DNA from: Picochlorum sp. SENEW3
Lineage: Eukaryota
DNA length: 64,000 bases
NCBI GenBank assembly: GCA_034226945.1
Contig: CP120458.1
Span: 248,001-312,000 of the forward strand
Direction of reading: 5' to 3'
The notes under the pieces: generated by a model
What the model saw: the letters and a program-made list of their open reading frames with translations, nothing else
What the model was told of the DNA's origin: nothing
Databases searched by the model: none
Translations under genes and position numbers: made by a program
Shown: in pieces, positions 10,334-21,835 of the stretch
How positions within the stretch are numbered: position 1 is the first letter of the stretch
Layout of the letters: each line of letters opens with the position of its first letter

Positions 10334-12230
10334 ATGTTGCGTAGAAGTGCACATCAGATGACCGCATCTGTTCTGCAACGATTGGTACGCTATTTTTCTT
10401 CTTTGTTTTCCTTTATCTGTCACTGTAGATCACTCAGAGTATGGTTTGAATTGCTTTCTATTACAGGGCTCTGTGGATGATTGTCTTGTTGCCACGCTGA
10501 AGAGAAAGGGTTTGGGGCGGTGGTGTGTTTTCACTCAAGGAACTCAACAGGTGCAAGGGCGATATTTTGGGGCGACTCGGAGGGTATTGGATGGGTCGAA
10601 GAGTGGCCCTACCGGAATGGAAGAAAAGAAGGATGAAAAGTCTATCGACTTGATTCTTGTGGGGAGTGGCATACTTGGGTTGGCCATGCTGGCCAATGCT
10701 GCTGGTGTGTTTGGAGGGGGTGGTGGTACGAAGCAGCCATCTGATACCAATGGTGCCACAGATGGATTAAAAGATTCTGTAGTGTTATCACATGATGATG
10801 ATGATAAAGGTGAATACCTGGTCCATGATGAGCATTCTCATGACGATGCCTCATCAACAGAGGAGGTGCAGAAGAGGCATGATGATGATGGTCGCAAAGA
10901 AGAGGAGGACCATGGGCACATGCAGCAACATAATAAACAAGAAGAAGAAAAAGAGGATGGTGTGACAATCCTAGACAGCCACCATGTTTTAGGGTCTATT
11001 GAATCTGTGTTGACAAAATCGGCTGATACAATGTTACAAGAGGATGCAGATAATGTATCAACTAATGAAACCACCCAAGAACAAAAAGAAGAAGAAGAAA
11101 AGGAGGAGGACAAGAAGGAAGAAGATTCCCATGCTGCTGTACATGATGCTACAGCCACCATGTCTGCTATTTCTTCTGCCATGGCAGATACAGCCGGGGA
11201 GTCTGTGGCAAGTTCCATCATTGGAATGTCCAGAGAGGCTGCTGCTCCGTCATCTGAAGCAGACGAGAAGAAGGAACCAAAAGATTCTCCAAAAATCGAG
11301 GCACCGACTGCCATAGTATCTGATGCAACAAATATTTCTGCATCTCAGTTGTTGCAAATGGCATCAATGTACGAAGAAGAAGGCAACGTCATGTGGGAGT
11401 CATTCCCAGCACGGCACAGGCAGGCAGAGGCAGATGCAAAGACTCTCACATTGCTCTTGAAGGAAACAAAGGATGCATATGATAGAGAGTTACAGAGATT
11501 GCATTCGAAAGCCAAGAAATTCAAAGCGACTCTTGAGAATTTGGAACATATGCAACACGAGTTGTTGGAAGCACAGGCAGCAACGCTGCATATTGATCAC
11601 GAAAAGAACATTACTAGAGAGCGGGTGAAACGCCAAGAGGTTCTGGATTCTGCCCGGATACAGTTAGACTCTCTTTCTGTGGCTTTATCACGACAGTCGG
11701 AAAGAGCCAAGAAGAGTCAAGAAGCGCATAAAATGTCGAGCGCAGTGTTCCATATTCGTGATGCCTTGGAGCATGGCAGGGATTTTTCAGCATCAGTTGA
11801 GTACTTGAAGAGTCTCGATGACAAGGTGGCCAACATTGCACTTGAAAACATAACAACAGATAGACCAATCAAGACAAGGCATGTGTTGCTCTCTGAATTT
11901 GAAAAAAGAGTCAAACGTCCTGCCATGGAGCTGTCCTATATTCCTCAAGGGGAAGGAGGAGGTATGATGACATCCTTGGTCGCAAAGATTGCCAATGCTC
12001 TGAAAATCGACAATGAGGACGATACTATGCAAAGCTTCGTGGGTACGATAGAGCAAGGCGACATCCTTGAGGCAGCAGAGCAGGTTTCTAAACTGGTAGA
12101 GGGTACAGTGGCGGCACATGCCATTCGGGATTGGTTGCACGATGTCAAGACAAGCTGTGCAGCTGCCCAAGCATTGAAAATCTTAGATGCCAGAGCTGCT
12201 TGCTTATCATCTCCGTATCATAATCATTAA
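10334..12230 (+). CDS. MIC60: MICOS subunit MIC60 (mitofilin)-like; exons 10334-10384, 10467-12230
   Basis: Mitochondrial presequence MLRRSAHQ, single TM, acidic region, long coiled coil, and a C-terminal mitofilin-like segment (GGGMMTSLVAKIA...DWLHDVK...AAQALKIL). Confidence 0.72.
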
Positions 12231-12292
12231 AGAATTGAATGAAACAATAAAAAGAATGATGGCATTCGTTTGATTGAATTCAAAGCCTGGCT

Positions 12293-13279
12293 TCATGGGC
12301 TTGCCCTGGCAAACCTGCCTTTGACTCGAACTCTCTTGTCAGCATTATCCTTCCTCATTTGATATCGAATGTGCTTCTTAAACGACCTTTTGGCCTTTTT
12401 TTTCCTATATCGCTCGACACAGGCCATACGCTTGGCAGAGGACTTGGATGCAGATGATGATGATGCCTGTGGCATGGCTCTCCTGCTGCTGCAAAAATGG
12501 GTCCCCTGCCCGGAATCGGAATCTGAGGAAGGCACCACGCCCGGAGGAACGTGCGCAGCAAAATAAATGGGCGTCGCAAAACACTGATACGGCATCATGG
12601 GACCATTGACGTACCATTGCATTGGGAACGGCACCTGTGGGTATTGCTGCTGCTCCTTTGAGCAATAGTACCCAAACTGATTGGTATTGCTGCCATCATT
12701 GTTATCCCTCACTGGTTGCTGCACCATACCGTGCCTCTGTTGCATTTGAATTTGCTGCATGCTCGGTACCATGGGGGGCATCATATTGGGCTGCATCATT
12801 GTTGAGTTGTTGTAGCTAATTGGCATTCCATTCACAACATGTTGCTCCTTCCCACCACAATGATGTCCCATCTGGTCTCCTCCACTACCTTCCTTTCCTA
12901 ACGGGATATTGCTATTCACGAGACCCATTGGCATACATTGTGGAACCATGTCCATATCACTCAGACTCACATCCCCCCATGCTGGGAACCGTTGAGAGGA
13001 CTCTCTTCCAAGACACCCATCTCCCATCTCCCTCGCAAGCATATCCCCCAAATCACTAGACTCGCAGTTGAAAGAGGGAAATATATCTGCTGCATCGTCA
13101 AAATGCTGAGGTGAGACGGATGTATACTGCCTTGACATGGATCCATTATTAGCATTGTTGTTGTTGTTGTTGCTCACATGCTGCTGTGACCCCCCGGCGA
13201 GCCCTCCCACAGAAACAATTTGCTGCTGCTGTTGCTGTGGAAACACTCGCTGTTGCTGTTGTATCGATGCTCGTGACAT
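12293..13279 (-). CDS. CCT-domain protein (CONSTANS/TOC1 family motif), Gln/Met/Pro-rich
   Basis: C-terminal RMACVERYRKKKAKRSFKKHIRYQMRKDNADKRVRVKGRFAR is a CCT motif. No B-box or receiver domain seen. Confidence 0.88.
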   Translation of the reverse strand: MSRASIQQQQRVFPQQQQQQIVSVGGLAGGSQQHVSNNNNNNANNGSMSRQYTSVSPQHFDDAADIFPSFNCESSDLGDMLAREMGDGCLGRESSQRFPAWGDVSLSDMDMVPQCMPMGLVNSNIPLGKEGSGGDQMGHHCGGKEQHVVNGMPISYNNSTMMQPNMMPPMVPSMQQIQMQQRHGMVQQPVRDNNDGSNTNQFGYYCSKEQQQYPQVPFPMQWYVNGPMMPYQCFATPIYFAAHVPPGVVPSSDSDSGQGTHFCSSRRAMPQASSSSASKSSAKRMACVERYRKKKAKRSFKKHIRYQMRKDNADKRVRVKGRFARASP

Positions 13280-13692
13280 CAACAATCACTTGGTGATAAT
13301 AATATTATTATTATGTACTCTGTGCTGCAAAGGACACCAATCACACACGTCAACACCCATTCATGCCACAGTAATATATATATACTTTATAGAGAATGAG
13401 AGAGAACGTCACATTCCCATGAAAGAGATTCCGACACAGACTCGGACAATCATCATGCCGAGACGGACTCGGCAGCAAGAAACGTACCTTTTTCTGCAAT
13501 CACCACCGACGTATATAGAGTACAATCATATGTGTTACTTTTTTACTTTCGTCCGTTAAATAATACAAATATAAATCAATAGAAGGGCGGTTGTCCTCGG
13601 CCCCATATTTTCCGCACGTGAACGGGAGCGAAACACGCGCGCTTTCTATCGCGCCTATTTTCAGTGGCCGAGATTCGCCCAAGCGGATCTGA

Positions 13693-14543
13693 TCAGCCAT
13701 TGCAATCAACCATAAAGTATGTGTCGATATCTGCCACCTGCGTCGGCCCGAAGAACTGCCATATCCCTTTAGCATGAACATCTCCCTGTAGGAAGAATGT
13801 CAACGCATGAGGAAATGTCGAACATTGACTTATGATGCTGAGAATATAGTCTTTGGGAACATCTGATGCATCCATGGTCAATGTGAGCATGGATGGCAGG
13901 GATCTCCTGGCAATGGTGGTTGTATGGATTTTCTTCGAGCCAGCAAGAGCATCATAGAATAACACTTGTAATCTCCCACTGACATTTGTTGGCAGAAAGT
14001 TGGGGTTGTATACTGGAATGGTGACGTTCAGCCTGACCTGATACCACGCCTTGGTTGTGTTCCATAGCATTTGATCTGGTACAACATCCACCTGCCCAAT
14101 GCTCATTGTCCTTGGAACCATCACATATACGGTAGAGGCTATGATCAATGCAAAGCTCAGCATGTACAAGGCAGTGAGTCGAGCACTTCGAGGCTGCCTC
14201 GTGCGGGTGGTTTCCGACAGAGGCACAAGAGTCAAATACCCAGAGGGAGGAAATTGCTGCTGCTGTTGTTGACTCGCCTGTTGTTCGCTTCTACTACTAC
14301 TGCTAAAGAATAAGAATCCCTTGGATAATCTGCATGGACAGAGTGTGATTCAAATCCAATTCCACGACAGCCAGGCTGTGCGTGTTTCATGAATTCGCAG
14401 AAATGTGATTACACACAGTATTGGCCACAACCGTACCTTGTCCATAGAGAGGGAGTACTATTTCCATGTGGTATTACATTTCCACCGGGTGGAGGTGTCC
14501 CATATCTATCATGTGAGTCAAGTAAAGGATTGGAATCCGTCAT
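13693..14543 (-). CDS. Single-pass membrane protein with LEA_2/TMEM106-like domain; exons 14543-14437, 14329-13693
   Basis: TM helix followed by VMVPRTMSIG and LNVTIPVYNPNF (LEA_2-like NPN motif). A GT-AG intron joins the MTDSNPLL exon in frame. Confidence 0.65.
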
Positions 14544-14651
14544 GACTGTTCCATTTCTCTGCTGTATTTATTCCATGACCTAGAATCATCACCTGTTGGG
14601 TTTATATTACCAATATTTATTCAATTTAATGTACATGCTTTGTTTGATGTA

Positions 14652-17600
14652 TCAACTAGGAGGTGTTGGACGTTGATTTGACAATTTATCAGATTGCCCT
14701 TTCCATGGCCAGGCTTTGAGTGACAACTGCCACAAGGCATTGGCTACGGTGGATACCACTGATGCCTTTGGATTGCTCTCATCTGTATCTGACAGTTGGG
14801 ATGGATGTGAGACGGCAGACACGAGCGATTCTTCCTCTGCTTGCTCATCATCATCATCATTCTTGGTCTCGGAAGCAGAGGGCCAATGCTGCATGTTCTG
14901 ATGATACTGTACGAGCTCATTAGCATCGAACGACATGTTTCTTCTCGAAAAATGGATATGTTGAATGACTTCGGATATTGAGTTGGTCACGGACACATCT
15001 GGCTGCTCTGCAGTATGTTTGGGTGATGTGCAGGTGAGGATTGTGTCTTGGTGTAGCTCATACCACAATGCAACGTCTGCTGGGGAGAACAGGTCGCGAG
15101 AGAATCGAATCCTCATGAGCTTTTGTTTTCCATTCTTCATGGTAAAGGTCGCTGAGACGCCTTGGTCCAGTTCCTCTGTCCAACAGTATGATGGACTGGG
15201 TGGGCCTTCAGGAATGGTCTGGTTCACATGGCCTCGCACGAGAAGCCTTTCTTCTTTATCATTCAATTCCTGTTCCCATTGTTTCAACAGGTACTTTTGT
15301 TCTTGCAATGTTGCAAGCTTTTCGCTCTCAAGTCTTGACTCGTGAGAATACTGTGGCCTTGCCACAGAGGTGGCAGTGTCCTGCGCATCATGAGATATGT
15401 CGCTCTTCTTCTTCTTTTTCCAACGAGAAGGGGTGTGTTCAACAGATTTTGAAGACTCTTGTGCCTGGAATGAGGAACTTTGATATCTTGATGGCGCTTC
15501 CCATGATTCAGAAAAGCTATTCAGACTGTGGTGGGATGCAAACTGCCCCATTGAACGGCGCACATGTCTCATGTCTCCGGATTGCGATGTTTCTGATACG
15601 CTGATGACAGATTTTGATGGTCTCGATAAGCTTGCGTGGAGACTATCGCGGCTGAAGGAATCCCTCGAGGACATGTCCAGACTGCGCCCTCTGTTTGTCT
15701 CTGTTTCATGCAGAGTGGCACTCGTCTTTTCAATACGCGCATGCAATCCTTGCAGCGCACTAGATCTTTCCATCAATGTATTGAAATAGTAAGAAGCGGT
15801 ATCCCATGCATCTCTGCTAAAGTCGGAGACAATCTTTTTTGTATTGTGTTTGCACACAACACTGGAGCAAAAGGATCCACATGCCACACTGGATATGTGT
15901 CGTGATTTCAGTGCTTCAATCATCACCGGAAAGACTGAATCTTCCAATTTACCTTGTCCAATCTGGCCTTCTCTGCCCCTGCCCCATGCAAACACAAGCG
16001 ACGATACCTCACCCACTGGCCTGGCATTCCTTCTGTCAAAGGGCCGCCCAGCAACGACCACATGATGCATTCCACAGTCAATCTTGTCTACAAAAACATT
16101 CGATAAAGTTCCACGTACTGCTACCGGTGAATATGCTCCTTCCCATGGATGCGGAGTGCTAGATAAAGTTGATTGCTGGATAACACATCCCATGCTCCCC
16201 ATCTGATAGACAGCACCTGCTGTGGAAATAACAGCTGTAAAATTTGATCCAGCCGCGACATCCTTTACCGAGTCTCCCTCCAAAGGACCTTTTACCATTC
16301 TAGGCTCTAGTTCTCCACGATATATAGTATCTTCGCCATGCCCAAGACAACCTTTGTTGTTCTCACAAGATTCGCGTCCCTGTGCCTGCAAGCAAGGCGA
16401 GTGTGCACCACCCCATGTGAACAAATACCCACCTCGCCCTTCTCGATAGCAATCAATCGTAGCATCTGGAGTCAAAATAGTTCCAAAGGTACTCGATATA
16501 TGAGACAGTGTTCTCCTATGCTTATGATGTGGGCTTCTTTGAACCTCTTCTACATACGTTTGATCTTGACTTTGCGGAGGAGGATCCCCGCCCTCTGATT
16601 GAAATCGAACAATTGCTGCAGAATGCCACAAGCCGCAAGCTACTTTTTGGACCACTCCTGGAAGATCTGCCACAAGGGTTGGCTGCGCACGACTTTGCAC
16701 ATCCCCATGCCCCAACTTGCCTGCCATGCCTTCTCCCCATGTGTACAACTTTCCTTGACTGCATATACCTCCACAATGATATGGACCACAGGCAACAGAT
16801 GCAATTTTAATTCGTGAGAAAACTCCAGAGTTCAACAAGGATGGAATTGGAGAGGCACACTTGCCCCAAGCATAGACTTTCCCATCCTCTGTCACGGCCA
16901 GAGAAGATTCGTTGCTCAAGTGTACATCGACTATCGATGAGAGAGTGTCAAAACCATATTCAATCTTTCTTGGATGAGAGAGATCGTCATCATGCCCCAA
17001 GCCAAGCTTACCATTCTTTCCTTCCCCAAAAGAGTACACACATCCTTCAGCAGATTGTATAACACAGTGCCTATGTCCCACGCAAGCCTTCTCAATATTT
17101 AGCAGATTATTTGATGGAATCAACAGAGGAATAGAAGATTGTGGTAATGAAGAACTAGGTGATGTGCAAAAATGCAACGTGTTCCCTGCAGGCAGCATGG
17201 CCTCCAACCCCTGATATTCTTTGTGTGGGCTAGCTGCCTTGTTCGTAAACGTGATTGAATCATCCCCGAGGAAATTCACGTTACCCCACATCATCATATC
17301 TCCCAAGTCTCTCCGAATGATTGGAGGCCTTTCCCCCTGAACCATGACCTGATGTGCATATCGAGCAGCCTCAACAAGACCCTGGTACCACACATCCCTC
17401 TGAGCCTTGTTTAAAAATGTCAGGTCTAGGGTTCTTGAACTCTGATTCATATTTCCACTCGTACTCACATAAGCAGATGATGACGCATCATACACGAGAG
17501 AGAAGGACGAAGCCTCCTCCTTCAGAGGAAACTTTCTAAACACTGGCGATGCCTGCCCAAGCAGAATATCCTGCACCCGAGACAGAGGAACTGAACGCCG

Positions 17601-17801
17601 TGTGCCCGATGACCTCGTCCATACCAATTCCATGGAATCCTCAGACAGCTGAAAGTAGTGTACCTTGGGGCGGCCTTGCCGCCCGTGTTTCAATAGAAAA
17701 CTTCCCTTCCAGAGCGGCGTCAGTTGAGCTTTAAGAGAGGAGGAAGACCAACCTCGCTCCAACGAGCCCTTGGCCCAACCATCACCCAGATTTATAGACA
17801 T
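14652..17801 (-). CDS. PRAF/RLD-like protein: PH domain, RCC1 repeats, coiled coil and C-terminal BRX domain; no FYVE domain seen
   Basis: PH-like start LWKGSFLLKHGRQGRPKVHYFQLSED. RCC1 repeats (VYSFGEGKNGKLGLG, LYTWGEGMAGKLGHGD, VFAWGRGREGQIGQG). BRX-like WTEELDQGVSATF...LMRIRFSRDLFS...VALWY. Confidence 0.85.
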   Translation of the reverse strand: MSINLGDGWAKGSLERGWSSSSLKAQLTPLWKGSFLLKHGRQGRPKVHYFQLSEDSMELVWTRSSGTRRSVPLSRVQDILLGQASPVFRKFPLKEEASSFSLVYDASSSAYVSTSGNMNQSSRTLDLTFLNKAQRDVWYQGLVEAARYAHQVMVQGERPPIIRRDLGDMMMWGNVNFLGDDSITFTNKAASPHKEYQGLEAMLPAGNTLHFCTSPSSSLPQSSIPLLIPSNNLLNIEKACVGHRHCVIQSAEGCVYSFGEGKNGKLGLGHDDDLSHPRKIEYGFDTLSSIVDVHLSNESSLAVTEDGKVYAWGKCASPIPSLLNSGVFSRIKIASVACGPYHCGGICSQGKLYTWGEGMAGKLGHGDVQSRAQPTLVADLPGVVQKVACGLWHSAAIVRFQSEGGDPPPQSQDQTYVEEVQRSPHHKHRRTLSHISSTFGTILTPDATIDCYREGRGGYLFTWGGAHSPCLQAQGRESCENNKGCLGHGEDTIYRGELEPRMVKGPLEGDSVKDVAAGSNFTAVISTAGAVYQMGSMGCVIQQSTLSSTPHPWEGAYSPVAVRGTLSNVFVDKIDCGMHHVVVAGRPFDRRNARPVGEVSSLVFAWGRGREGQIGQGKLEDSVFPVMIEALKSRHISSVACGSFCSSVVCKHNTKKIVSDFSRDAWDTASYYFNTLMERSSALQGLHARIEKTSATLHETETNRGRSLDMSSRDSFSRDSLHASLSRPSKSVISVSETSQSGDMRHVRRSMGQFASHHSLNSFSESWEAPSRYQSSSFQAQESSKSVEHTPSRWKKKKKSDISHDAQDTATSVARPQYSHESRLESEKLATLQEQKYLLKQWEQELNDKEERLLVRGHVNQTIPEGPPSPSYCWTEELDQGVSATFTMKNGKQKLMRIRFSRDLFSPADVALWYELHQDTILTCTSPKHTAEQPDVSVTNSISEVIQHIHFSRRNMSFDANELVQYHQNMQHWPSASETKNDDDDEQAEEESLVSAVSHPSQLSDTDESNPKASVVSTVANALWQLSLKAWPWKGQSDKLSNQRPTPPS

Positions 17802-18148
17802 TATTGTACTAGTACTTCATTACTGTAATCCAGAGGACCTATTGAATGCTACTGATGGAGGCTGGACGAGAAACGAGCTCTCGTAACGAGAATATTGTCT
17901 CAAACTATGACTAATCACCTCATTCGCCGTCTCCACATCTCACCCTATGTACAAAATGTACATATTTCACTAATTAATGGCTCCTTTGTACCAGGCTGCG
18001 TCAGTATACGCAGAGAGAGCGCCAAAGCTGCCGTGAGTTTGAAATACGGAACTTTGTTGCATTCAACTCTTGCATCTGCCCACCAGACGGCCATGCGGTA
18101 TTTCAATTACACCCTTTGGAATTAATGTAAAGACATGGTCACAGGAGG

Positions 18149-19633
18149 ATGTGCATGAAGAGAGTTCTGAGCAACGTAGCGTATGACTCTTTGTATTTTT
18201 CTTTTGGAGGGACTCCAATACGCTGCACCGGAAACTCTGTTGCTTCTCGTAGTGCTGTCAAATCAGTTTTAGAGAGTTCTGGACTGAGTAGTATACGCAA
18301 ACGCTACTTTGCTGCAGAAGTAGAGCGGACTCGAGGGGACTGCTTGGTTGGCTCGTTTAGCCTAGAGGGAGAGGATTCGACCAGTACATCAGCCACACCA
18401 CAGAACCCGAGCATTGAAAGCATGGAAGCACGTCCATCTGGGGTGAGTACGTCATTTTACAAGAGAGAACTGCCATCTCCACCATCAGTGGCATTTTCCT
18501 CTGCAACTGGTCAGGACATATTTCAGGATGCCATGCGCCATGGTATGCTGCGGGGATTCTTTTCGTTGATTGAGCAATTTAGAACGCAAGATGAGCCTGC
18601 ATTTTGTGGACTTGCGTCTGTGGCAATGGTGCTGAACTCGCTATCAATAGATCCCAGGAGACCATGGAAAGGGCCCTGGAGGATTTTTCATGAGCAAATG
18701 CTTGACTGTTGCATTCCTCTGGAGACGGTGCAGAAGGAGGGAATAACCCTGTCTCAAGCAGCATGCTTAACACGGTGTAATGGAGCGGGTGCAGAGATTT
18801 TCCCGTATGGGTCTGTTAGTTTAGAGGAATTCAGAGGCATGATTGAAACAGCATGTTCTACCAATGAGTACCATTTGATTGTGTCATACTCTCGGAAGCA
18901 TTTTCTTCAAACAGGCGATGGTCATTTTTCACCAATTGGTGGGTATTCTCCGACCCATGATGCGGCACTGATTCTTGATACTGCTCGATTCAAATACCCT
19001 CCACATTGGGTGCCTGTCCCAATGCTGTATGATGCAATGGAGTACATCGACCCAACAACCAACAAGTCTAGGGGTTTTATGAAAGTTTCGGCGACGCCAA
19101 TACTTCAGAGTGTACTCTTTGCGCTGGATGTGAGAGATTCTTGGGAGGATGCGCGTCATTTTATCACCACGACCATGCCAGAGATATTACTCTCAGGACA
19201 TGCTGATGAGGACAAAAGTGCAAGTGCTTTAATAAACATACTCCTTCATCTCTGCGTGTCAATACCCGAAGATGTGTTGCATCAGTTTATGGCAACACGA
19301 AGCTCAAATCCGGCATGTAATGGTGGCGCCTGTGTACAGCAAGATGCAGTCAATACGCTCCTGGCAGAAATGACTCTCTTTCCATTGTATACTGAGCTTG
19401 TAGCTTTCTCTACAAAAAATACTGGGAATGACAACATGAAGTTTGAAAATGAAAAGAGGTTCATGTTTATTCTCATGTGCCAAGAGGTTATTTGGGAATC
19501 ATTACAAGGGATGGGGTGGGCCAAAGAGCAAGTTGCTCATCTTTTTGACACAGCTCAGCATAAAGTTGTGGACCACGAAGTCAAATACTTGAAAGAGCAA
19601 TATAAAGCTCTACTTACACAATTCAACTCGTAA
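18149..19633 (+). CDS. PCS: Phytochelatin synthase
   Basis: FYKRELPSPP, QDEPAFCGLAS (catalytic Cys), GDGHFSPIGGY (His) and LILDTARFKYPPHWV (Asp). Confidence 0.95.
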   Translation: MCMKRVLSNVAYDSLYFSFGGTPIRCTGNSVASRSAVKSVLESSGLSSIRKRYFAAEVERTRGDCLVGSFSLEGEDSTSTSATPQNPSIESMEARPSGVSTSFYKRELPSPPSVAFSSATGQDIFQDAMRHGMLRGFFSLIEQFRTQDEPAFCGLASVAMVLNSLSIDPRRPWKGPWRIFHEQMLDCCIPLETVQKEGITLSQAACLTRCNGAGAEIFPYGSVSLEEFRGMIETACSTNEYHLIVSYSRKHFLQTGDGHFSPIGGYSPTHDAALILDTARFKYPPHWVPVPMLYDAMEYIDPTTNKSRGFMKVSATPILQSVLFALDVRDSWEDARHFITTTMPEILLSGHADEDKSASALINILLHLCVSIPEDVLHQFMATRSSNPACNGGACVQQDAVNTLLAEMTLFPLYTELVAFSTKNTGNDNMKFENEKRFMFILMCQEVIWESLQGMGWAKEQVAHLFDTAQHKVVDHEVKYLKEQYKALLTQFNS

Positions 19634-19654
19634 TTATTTATTTACTTTATGCTG

Positions 19655-20611
19655 TCAAACATCGAGGCATGGATCAGGAGACAGCCCACGTATTCCTGGT
19701 ATTCTCACAGCAAAAATGCCACCATGGTGCTGGGAAGCAGTCTCTCCAGTCTCCACTCGCGTCGTCACAAACAGCGTCTCTAGGTCTTTTCCACCAAAAT
19801 TGCAGGATGTTGGCCGCTTCACAGGCAACGACACCCGCTGCAATTCCTCTCCTGTCTCGGAATCATAGCACACAACAGATCCAGAGTCTCCCAACGCAAC
19901 CCACAGGTTGCCTGAAGTATCAATTGCCATTCCGTCCGGCACATGCTTGTGGCCGGTCGGCAATGCATTGATTACTTTCGTATTCTCTGTATCGTCAACC
20001 AATGGTACACCCGAGCCACTGTCAGTAGGATACTGTGTGATTGATTCTGCACACGAGTCCACCGAGTACATGGCAGTGTTATCTGAATTCCACGCCATCC
20101 CATTTGGTAATCCAATCCCTCCGGGAGGAGTCACGTCTTTGAATTGTCGACTCTCCGTCGACCAAACATACAAGCGCCCTTGATGCCCCTCCCTCCACTT
20201 TGAATGCATATGCCCAATAATCAAGGCAGTCCCGGATGGTGACACCTTGCCATCATTAAACCTCATGCATTGCTCGTCCACAGAATCAGCATCCAGTGCC
20301 CCAATCTCCTCTATGTGTCCATTTTCTTCATCTGGATGTCCAGGTAGACGCACTTTCATCAACCGCCTCTTGGTGCCTACACCAACTGTGCCAACCTGAC
20401 GAGTCAGAAAGACACAGCCAATCGGTTCATCAAGCTTGAAGACAGCGTGATGGCGTGTATCCAACATCAAAGAGTGAATCTCCATCCCATTAATGTCTAC
20501 AAAGTACAATGTATCATTCCTTGCGTCATAAATTGGAGATTCACCCAGGTTGCACGAGCAATTTAGCACAAGCTCGACCTGCTGCTGTGTTAGATTGCCT
20601 TCTGTTGCCAT
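19655..20611 (-). CDS. SMP-30/gluconolactonase/regucalcin family protein
   Basis: LGESPIYD, RFNDGKVSP, PNGMAW, PDGMAIDTSGNLWVA and PTSCNFGGKDLETLFVTT. Confidence 0.92.
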   Translation of the reverse strand: MATEGNLTQQQVELVLNCSCNLGESPIYDARNDTLYFVDINGMEIHSLMLDTRHHAVFKLDEPIGCVFLTRQVGTVGVGTKRRLMKVRLPGHPDEENGHIEEIGALDADSVDEQCMRFNDGKVSPSGTALIIGHMHSKWREGHQGRLYVWSTESRQFKDVTPPGGIGLPNGMAWNSDNTAMYSVDSCAESITQYPTDSGSGVPLVDDTENTKVINALPTGHKHVPDGMAIDTSGNLWVALGDSGSVVCYDSETGEELQRVSLPVKRPTSCNFGGKDLETLFVTTRVETGETASQHHGGIFAVRIPGIRGLSPDPCLDV

Positions 20612-20917
20612 CTTGAGCTGATTATGAATACATCAATACAAATTATAGGGATGGCAGAGTCATCAGAAGCCAAAATACTGCTGCTGCATCAAAGTTTTGA
20701 AATAGGGACCATGAGGGTTAAAAAAGCAAGGTTGATTGGGCAGCAATCTTTCATACAACTGAGCGATGGGGACCTCAGAGACCACAGTATATGAATATAT
20801 GTATCTGTGACAATTGATGGCGGCTCTCAATGCTATAGAATGAGTGAATTGCTCAACAGTTGCCTTGAACGGACAAACTCAAACCACTGAGCACATTGCT
20901 CCTCATGAGGACTAGAT

Positions 20918-21807
20918 ATGGCATTAATTCCACTCAAATATACGTATGTGATTAATTCTATAGCAGGATCTGTGCGAAGGACAAAGCCATCAGTGGTGAC
21001 TGCAAAGTATTCCACGAGTCAGGTCCCAGAAAGTGGGGTGGCTATTGATGTTGATGGTTTGTGCTTTTCCTACTCGAATGGACGGCAGGTAGGGCCTACT
21101 TAAAGTGCAATTCATGATCAATCAATGACAGTTTCTCATCTAATGTAATTGCCAATGTGCTGCAGATTCTGAGGGATGCCAGGCTCAAGGTTGAAGAGGG
21201 GACGTTTCACATGTTGCTTGGAGCAAATGGCTGTGGAAAATCAACCTTGTTGAAATGTCTGGCCGGACTTGCCACACCTAGTTCGGGGCATATCCATATG
21301 GATAATGAAAGTGTGGGCTACGTATTTCAGAATCCTGATAATCAGGTTGTCCTTCCTAGTGTGTACTCGGATGTCGCTTTGGGGCTGGGAAAGTACACTA
21401 GTTTGGATCCCAAGGATGTGGACCTGATAGTAAAACATTCGTTGGAGCGAGTAGGAATGTTAGAATACGCAGAAAGACAGACGTCTTCGCTATCTGGAGG
21501 TCAAAAGCAGAGGGTTGCCATTGCTGGTGCGCTGGCAGAAAATCCCAACATTTTACTGCTTGATGAATTGACCACATTTTTGGACGGAAAGGATCAGATG
21601 AACGTTGTCAAGTCTGTGAGAGATATTGTACATGCAAATGATTTGACGATTCGTGAAGAACGAGTGACAGCAGTCTGGGTTACGCATAGAATGGAGGAAA
21701 TTGATTATGCAGATTTCGTAAGTTTCATGGACAAGGGGCAGATTCTCTGGACAGTTGTACCAGAAGAGGCCAAAAAGAGGATGAAACGATTAGGAGCGAG
21801 AATGTAA
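20918..21807 (+). CDS. ABCI10: ECF-type/ABCI10 (NAP13)-like plastid ABC ATPase; exons 20918-21088, 21166-21807
   Basis: MLLGANGCGKSTL, YVFQNPDNQVVLP, LSGGQKQRVAIAGALAE, LLLDELTTFLD and WVTHR. The intron at 21089-21165 is in frame. Start uncertain. Confidence 0.85.
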
Positions 21808-21835
21808 TAATGTGTATATTTTCCTATGAAATAGA

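Noticed and set aside
18149..21807. Metal-homeostasis cluster (PCS, SMP-30, ABCI10)
   Set aside because: The functional link is loose and adjacency is expected by chance in a dense genome.
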